Source: Thermodesulfobacteriales bacterium (GTDB lineage Bacteria; Desulfobacterota_D; UBA1144; Nemesobacterales; UBA2774). Taken from it: a stretch of DNA of 32,420 nucleotides. Below are positions 27,939-32,420 of the stretch, piece after piece. The notes beneath the pieces are model-generated. The model had not been told where the DNA came from. It did no database searches and worked only from the letters and a program-made list of their open reading frames with translations. The position numbers were made by a program, and so were the translations under genes. Where the stretch lies: positions 1-32,420 of the forward strand of contig SPCL01000003.1 of the NCBI GenBank assembly GCA_004525335.1, read 5' to 3'. How positions within the stretch are numbered: the first letter of the stretch is position 1; every line of letters begins with the position of its first letter.

Positions 27939-28385
27939 TTATAGTCCTTGTGCTGCAAGGATTTCCCTGCTTTTTTTAAATTCTTCATATGAATTATCAG
28001 ACTCTTCCTGTTCCCAAACCTCTTTAGACCAAATTTCAACCTTTGTTAGCATACCTATTAAAATTACATCTTTATCGATATGTGCATGATTTCTTAACGA
28101 TTGAGGGATAAGGATTCTTCCCTGTCCATCCATCGGACAATCAACGGCGCTACCCATCAAGTATCGTAAAAAGGAAATAACTTCCTGTTTGAACTGAGGA
28201 AGCTCCGATACTTTTCTTTCAATTTCATTCCATTCCCTAAGGGGGTATGCCGCCAGACATTTATCAAAGTTGGTAACAATGAGGATCTCACCGCCGTACT
28301 TCTCCCTACACACCTCTCTAAATTTAGAGGGTATGCTTATCCTCCCCTTGTCGGTCATTGTATGTTCGTATCTTCCACGGAACAT
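27939..28385 (-). CDS. mraZ: Transcriptional regulator MraZ
   Basis: MFRGRYEHTMTDKGRISIPSKFR and DGQGRILIP (two DxxGR repeats), VEIWS. Start moved to ATG 28385. Confidence 0.96.
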   Translation of the reverse strand: MFRGRYEHTMTDKGRISIPSKFREVCREKYGGEILIVTNFDKCLAAYPLREWNEIERKVSELPQFKQEVISFLRYLMGSAVDCPMDGQGRILIPQSLRNHAHIDKDVILIGMLTKVEIWSKEVWEQEESDNSYEEFKKSREILAAQGL

Positions 28386-28391
28386 GTTGCG

Positions 28392-28426
28392 CCCTCTTGT
28401 GCCACTTCGTGCCACTTTGAACCACT
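28392..28426 (-). promoter_or_regulatory. MraZ-binding repeats
   Basis: AGTGG three times at an exact 10-bp period (28426-22, 28416-12, 28406-02) plus degenerate GAGGG (28396-92); fits the known phased GTGG/TGGG-type MraZ boxes. Confidence 0.85.
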
Positions 28427-28452
28427 ATATAAAATTGTATTAACTTTGTCAA
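28424..28452 (-). promoter_or_regulatory. dcw operon sigma70 promoter
   Basis: TTGACA (28452-28447), 17 nt, TATAGT (28429-28424). Confidence 0.85.
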
Positions 28453-28733
28453 GTAAGGTTTCGTCATTTATCAATTTTTTAGTAAATACGGTAGGGTAAA
28501 ATAGCACACTTTTTTAGGTGTAATTAAGGTATTTATACGCTATAAACAAAGGACGAGATTATAATACGGTTTTTTACTACTACTTTAATAATGTATTCTA
28601 TAGTGCTGATATTAAACGACTTTCAGATCAAAACAGCTAAATAGCAAAGTATGAAGGATGCCAATTTATGCCACCCTGATCAACCAATTTTTATAGTAAA
28701 GAGGCTCATCTCAAGCAATAAGAAAAGAACAAT

Positions 28734-28762
28734 CGGACAAAAACTGCAAATTAAGATATAAT
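28734..28762 (+). promoter_or_regulatory. Candidate promoter for the DUF4911-like ORF and murJ
   Basis: CGGACA (28734-28739), 17 nt, TATAAT (28757-28762). Confidence 0.5.
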
Positions 28763-28790
28763 CTTCTTAAATTTTCCTAACCACACTCAT

Positions 28791-29006
28791 ATGCCTAATA
28801 TATATATAAAACTTAAGAATATTTCTGAAACCGTTTACTTTCAATCGATTATGGGGACTTATTCGCACATTGCTTGGGTTAGGACCCAAGACCCTGCAAA
28901 GGGGATAATGCAAATAACCCCCACTGAGGACCAGGTAGATCAAGTAATGAAAATTCTAGGTTATCTGAAAAATGAGATTGAGTTTGAAGAGGTAGACTCG
29001 ATATAA
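28791..29006 (+). CDS. Small protein, DUF4911-like
   Basis: 71 aa; IYIKL...YFQSIM..Y..IA.VRT.DP.KGI..I.......V..IL..L..EI resembles DUF4911 from memory; ends 24 nt before murJ. Confidence 0.6.
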   Translation: MPNIYIKLKNISETVYFQSIMGTYSHIAWVRTQDPAKGIMQITPTEDQVDQVMKILGYLKNEIEFEEVDSI

Positions 29007-29030
29007 CATCTAATCAAAGTTGAATAACAG

Positions 29031-30605
29031 ATGAAGCAACATGAACAAATAACCCGCTCTGCAGGTATTGTAGGCTCACTTACTTTTCTAAGCCGTATAG
29101 CGGGCTATGCAAGAGATGTAGTAATAGCATATTTTTTCGGCGCTACTGCGTTAACCGATGCGTTTTGGGTCGCTTTTAGAATACCAAACCTACTGAGAAG
29201 ACTCTTTGCAGAAGGATCTCTTACAATCTCATTTATACCTGTTTTCACCCAGTATCTGGAAACTAAGAATAAAGAAGAGGCTAAGAAGGTTGCAGATGCA
29301 GTATTTACTATTTTAGTATTCCTCCTAATTCTGATATCTATAGGCGGAATACTTTTATCACCATACATCATTAAGCTATTTGCCGCGGGGTTTGACGAAA
29401 GCACTTTTGAATTAGCTGTTTCCTTAAACCGAATAATGTTTCCATACATAATTTTCATATCTCTTACAGCTTTATCGATGGGCGTTCTGAATTCTCTTAG
29501 ACACTTTTTTGCCCCGGCTTTCTCCCCGGTAATTTTAAATATTTGTATAATAGTTGCAGTTTTGTTTCTCTATAAGAACTTTAATGTTCCTATATACGCC
29601 GCCGCCGTTGGTGTTATAGCGGGCGGAATCTTACAGCTTATTTTTCAATTGCCTTTCTTGTACGGACGTGGCTTTTTGTTCAGCTTTCGCAAACAAGTCC
29701 GTCACCCGGCCGTTAAGAAGATAGGGTTTCTTATTATTCCGCAACTATTTGGGGTTGCTGTATACAACATCAATATTTTGGTTAACACCCAGTACGCATC
29801 CTTCATGACAGAGGGTACGATCTCTTATCTGTACTTTGCAGAGAGGCTGATTGAGTTTCCGCTCGGAATAATTGCGGTTTCAATCGCAACTGTTCTTCTT
29901 CCGAGCCTGTCTTCTTATGTATCAAAAAAGGAATTTGATAAATTCAAAGAAACTTATTCTTTTACACTAAGGCTCATGTTTTTTATATTGATACCTGCCC
30001 TAGTAGGCCTGATAGTTCTAAGAGTTCCGATTTGCAATCTTCTATATCAAAGAGGGGAGTTTGACTACGCAGCTACAGTTTTCACATCTCAAGCGCTTTT
30101 AGGATACGCGGTCGGTATATGGGCTGTCGGAGGAATCAGGATAACAGCGCCTGCTTTTTATTCGATGCAGGACACAAAAACCCCTGTCATTATTGCTTTT
30201 GTAGCATTTATAGTTAACGCGGTGCTAGGCTATGTGTTGGGATTCACTTTTGGCTACAAACATACAGGACTTGCTTTAGCAAGCTCAATCTCATCTATTA
30301 TAAACTTTGTTCTATTGTTCTATCTCATTGAGAGAAGGGTCGAAAATATAAATATAAAGTCAATTATTGTACTGCTTGTGAAATTGACAGCGATCTCCGG
30401 AGTTATGGGAGTAGTGATTTGGAGAATATCCAAACTAACTTTCTGGAATGAATCTGCTTTTTCTTTAGAAAAAATTGGGATTTTAGCAGCATCAATTGTA
30501 ATTGCAGCAGTAATTTATTTCTTGCTTGCTAAAATTCTGAAAATAGAAGAAGCCGATTTTCTTGTAAAGATGATTAGAAGAGGAAGAAAAATAAACGATG
30601 GGTGA
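29031..30605 (+). CDS. murJ: Lipid II flippase MurJ (MviN)
   Basis: SRIAGYARD, DAFWVAFRIPNLLRRLFAEG, RLIEFPLGI, YQRGEF, FYSMQDTKTP; multi-TM. Confidence 0.97.
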   Translation: MKQHEQITRSAGIVGSLTFLSRIAGYARDVVIAYFFGATALTDAFWVAFRIPNLLRRLFAEGSLTISFIPVFTQYLETKNKEEAKKVADAVFTILVFLLILISIGGILLSPYIIKLFAAGFDESTFELAVSLNRIMFPYIIFISLTALSMGVLNSLRHFFAPAFSPVILNICIIVAVLFLYKNFNVPIYAAAVGVIAGGILQLIFQLPFLYGRGFLFSFRKQVRHPAVKKIGFLIIPQLFGVAVYNINILVNTQYASFMTEGTISYLYFAERLIEFPLGIIAVSIATVLLPSLSSYVSKKEFDKFKETYSFTLRLMFFILIPALVGLIVLRVPICNLLYQRGEFDYAATVFTSQALLGYAVGIWAVGGIRITAPAFYSMQDTKTPVIIAFVAFIVNAVLGYVLGFTFGYKHTGLALASSISSIINFVLLFYLIERRVENINIKSIIVLLVKLTAISGVMGVVIWRISKLTFWNESAFSLEKIGILAASIVIAAVIYFLLAKILKIEEADFLVKMIRRGRKINDG

Positions 30606-30709
30606 AAATAGAGGCAAATATCATCTGAAGATTATTATGTATCGGCCTCATTTTAAAGTCAGACTTATATTCATTAAAAAATCGGATTAAGAATTGAATC
30701 TTTCGAGAT

Positions 30710-30750
30710 GTATAAAGTGACAAATAAATCTCAAGTAAATCACTTTATAC
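30710..30750. repeat. Perfect 11-bp inverted repeat with 19-nt spacer between convergent genes
   Basis: GTATAAAGTGA (30710-30720) / TCACTTTATAC (30740-30750). Confidence 0.75.
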
Positions 30751-30775
30751 GTGCGTGATATAACTAACTAAAAGT

Positions 30776-31519
30776 CTAAGTTTGAAGACCTTTTTCATCG
30801 CCGAACACCTCTTTGAGCACTGGATCCAGCTCATGTAACAAACGTTCACAATTACCACTAAAGCTGGACCCGTGCATAATTGCGAGCGTTTTGGGTTTGA
30901 GATCGGCAAGCTTGTACAAAAGTCGTTTTGTATTGTTAGTGTAAGGCAGATAGTCCATCAGTGGCCCACCCTGATATTCAGTGATCGCCTTATGAGTACG
31001 TCCAAGGATTTTATCGGACTCCGTGACTGGTTCAACTTGACCAATTTGATGAAAAAGGTCAGAGCAGAACAAAGTGGCGTTTGTTTCTTCAAATAGGGAT
31101 CCTGCGTCCCAGCCATGTGGCAAGTGAGGTGTTGAAATAAATCTGAAGCGATGTTTTCCAGTGAGGAGCACATCGTCTTTTTGGAGACCCCTTGGTGGAC
31201 GATTAGAAAAGTCGTTAATATTTACAAGTGCCCCAACCACGCTACAGACCGGCTCTGCAGAGGGTGCTACCTCTAGCCACTCATTAAGGGCACCGCATTC
31301 GTCAACTTCAAAATGGCTCCAGCTTATATAGCGGATGGTTTTCGGATCGAGCAATTTAGAAACAGCTTCGTGCAGTTCCGGGAACATAATTCGCATGCCG
31401 GTATGATAAAGTAGTGGTTCATCGTCTTTGACCACAAAATGGTTAAATTGTAAGTCAAAGTCTTTAACATATATTGAGATACGATAAATATCCGGAGCAA
31501 TTTCGGTCACTGTAGCCAT
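30776..31519 (-). CDS. MBL-fold metalloprotein resembling the flavodiiron (FprA/ODP) N-terminal domain, stand-alone
   Basis: SHFEVDECG, TPHLPHGWD, LFCSDLF, IMHGS; 247 aa with no flavodoxin domain; strong SD AGGAGGTGA. Confidence 0.8.
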   Translation of the reverse strand: MATVTEIAPDIYRISIYVKDFDLQFNHFVVKDDEPLLYHTGMRIMFPELHEAVSKLLDPKTIRYISWSHFEVDECGALNEWLEVAPSAEPVCSVVGALVNINDFSNRPPRGLQKDDVLLTGKHRFRFISTPHLPHGWDAGSLFEETNATLFCSDLFHQIGQVEPVTESDKILGRTHKAITEYQGGPLMDYLPYTNNTKRLLYKLADLKPKTLAIMHGSSFSGNCERLLHELDPVLKEVFGDEKGLQT

Positions 31520-31554
31520 TACTCACCTCCTATATTTGTGCAGCTCCTCTTTAG

Positions 31555-31584
31555 ATTATATTAAACTTCTATAACAACTGTCAA
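31555..31584 (-). promoter_or_regulatory. Consensus sigma70 promoter for the MBL-fold gene
   Basis: TTGACA (31584-31579), 18 nt, TATAAT (31560-31555). Confidence 0.8.
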
Positions 31585-31819
31585 GCACTGTATAGGTTCA
31601 GTACATACGGACAAACATGAAGGGTATTGATTATAAAGCAACCCAATGTGTAGCAGTATGTTGTTTCTGTAATGTATGAAAAAAAGAAGAGAGGAGGATC
31701 ACTTAAAAAACAGAGGAAACATCCACCCCTCTTCAAGGGTAATAGTATACTGCTCCCCATTAAGAACGAAGTATAGTTAAGTTGGCAAAATGCTTTGTAA
31801 AAGGCATAGGGAGGGAGCA

Positions 31820-32095
31820 ATGAAGCGAAGGAGATGGGATTCTAAAACCAAGACCAAGATAGTACTAGAAGGCTTATCTGGAAGACCAGTATCAGAGATA
31901 TGTAACGAGTACGGAATACATCAGAACCAATTCTACATCTGGCGTGATAAGTTCTTATCTGAAGCTCATAAAGCGTTTGATTCTAAGAAAGACGTTGGAG
32001 AAGTAATCCGCCTTCGTAAAAAGAATCAAGAGCTAACCCAAATAATAGGCTCACTCACCGTTGAATTAAAAAAAACAGAGGACGAGTTCATATGA
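31820..32095 (+). CDS. IS3-family transposase OrfA (HTH plus leucine-zipper-like segment)
   Basis: MKRRRWDSKTKTKIVLEGL...VSEICNEYGIHQNQFYIWRDKF...IIGSLTVELKK; GGAGG SD before ATG 31820. Confidence 0.88.
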   Translation: MKRRRWDSKTKTKIVLEGLSGRPVSEICNEYGIHQNQFYIWRDKFLSEAHKAFDSKKDVGEVIRLRKKNQELTQIIGSLTVELKKTEDEFI

Positions 32096-32420
32096 GAAAG
32101 CAGTCTTACTCTGTAACTCTTCGTAACGAATACATACTTAAAAGGATAAAAGATATAAAAGCAGACCATCCCTTCTGGGGTTATAGAAGAGTATGGGCAT
32201 ATCTAAGATATATAGATGGATTAATAGTAAATAAAAAGGTGTATACAGGTTAATGAGAGAGAATAACCTTACTGTAAAACCAAATACAAGACTAATAGCA
32301 AAGAGGGTATCAGAAAGACCAAAGCCTAGAGCAGATAAACCTAAGCAGTGGTAGGGAATAGATATGACAAAGGTTATAACAAACACTGGCTGGGTATATG
32401 TAGTAATAGTACTGGACTGG
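32092..32420 (+). pseudogene. IS3-family transposase OrfB, frameshifted and nonsense-mutated
   Basis: HPFWGYRRVWAYLR...VNKK, then a frame break at about 32239; the alternative frame continues VYRLMRENNL...KQW*GIDMTKV...GWVYVVIVLDW with TAG at 32352-32354. Confidence 0.87.

Larger units (their letters stand above)
31746..32420 (+). mobile_element. IS3-family insertion sequence, degenerate and cut by the window edge
   Basis: orfA/orfB in -1 overlap with an A8 slippery run. The candidate left end TATACTGCTCCCCATT at 31746 resembles IS150-like termini; the boundary is inferred because the right IR is outside the window. Confidence 0.85.

Noticed and set aside
27935-28039. Apparent 100-nt overlap of rsmH with mraZ in the ORF track
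   Set aside because: An artefact of longest-ORF calling; GTG 27934 gives a normal N-terminus with no overlap.
28400-28676. TGGCA motifs as sigma54 -24/-12 promoters
   Set aside because: The GG-to-GC spacing is 9 nt rather than the required 10; the 10-bp periodicity fits MraZ boxes better.
30776-31519. Class B metallo-beta-lactamase resistance gene
   Set aside because: It lacks the HxHxD motif and a signal peptide; the ligands are flavodiiron-like.
31581-32386. Minus-strand ORFs 31581-31820 and 32138-32386
   Set aside because: They have no motifs; one crosses the inferred IS boundary and the other is antisense to orfB.
1-32420. CRISPR array, rRNA, riboswitch, prophage or defence system
   Set aside because: I saw no regularly spaced repeats or such genes; intergenic gaps are short and nearly all coding space is explained by core genes. 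A small ncRNA in 28453-28730 or 31585-31745 cannot be excluded without a covariance-model search.

Overview
This is a low-GC (roughly 37% by eye) bacterial chromosomal window that is almost entirely housekeeping. From left to right it holds tRNA-Gln(UUG), pcrA/uvrD, selO/ydiU (interrupted by one in-frame TAA), a DUF2103-like ORF, dnaE, a membrane-anchored ftsY, ribD, nadD and rsfS (apparently ATA-initiated). A minus-strand dcw operon follows (mraZ-rsmH-ftsL-ftsI-murE-murF-mraY-murD-ftsW-murG-murC-murB-ftsQ-ftsA-ftsZ) with no ddl. After it come a divergent DUF4911-like ORF plus murJ, a stand-alone flavodiiron-like MBL-fold gene, and a decayed IS3-family element running off the right edge. Gene order and content look deltaproteobacterial (Desulfobacterota/Dadabacteria-like); this is inference only. 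I found no convincing new multi-gene system. The best leads are at nucleotide level: the selO stop before an intact conserved C-terminal tail, the ATA start of rsfS, a probable leaderless dnaE, MraZ boxes over the dcw promoter, and a 17-bp near-identical palindromic motif shared by two promoters. Family names come from motif recognition, not database searches.
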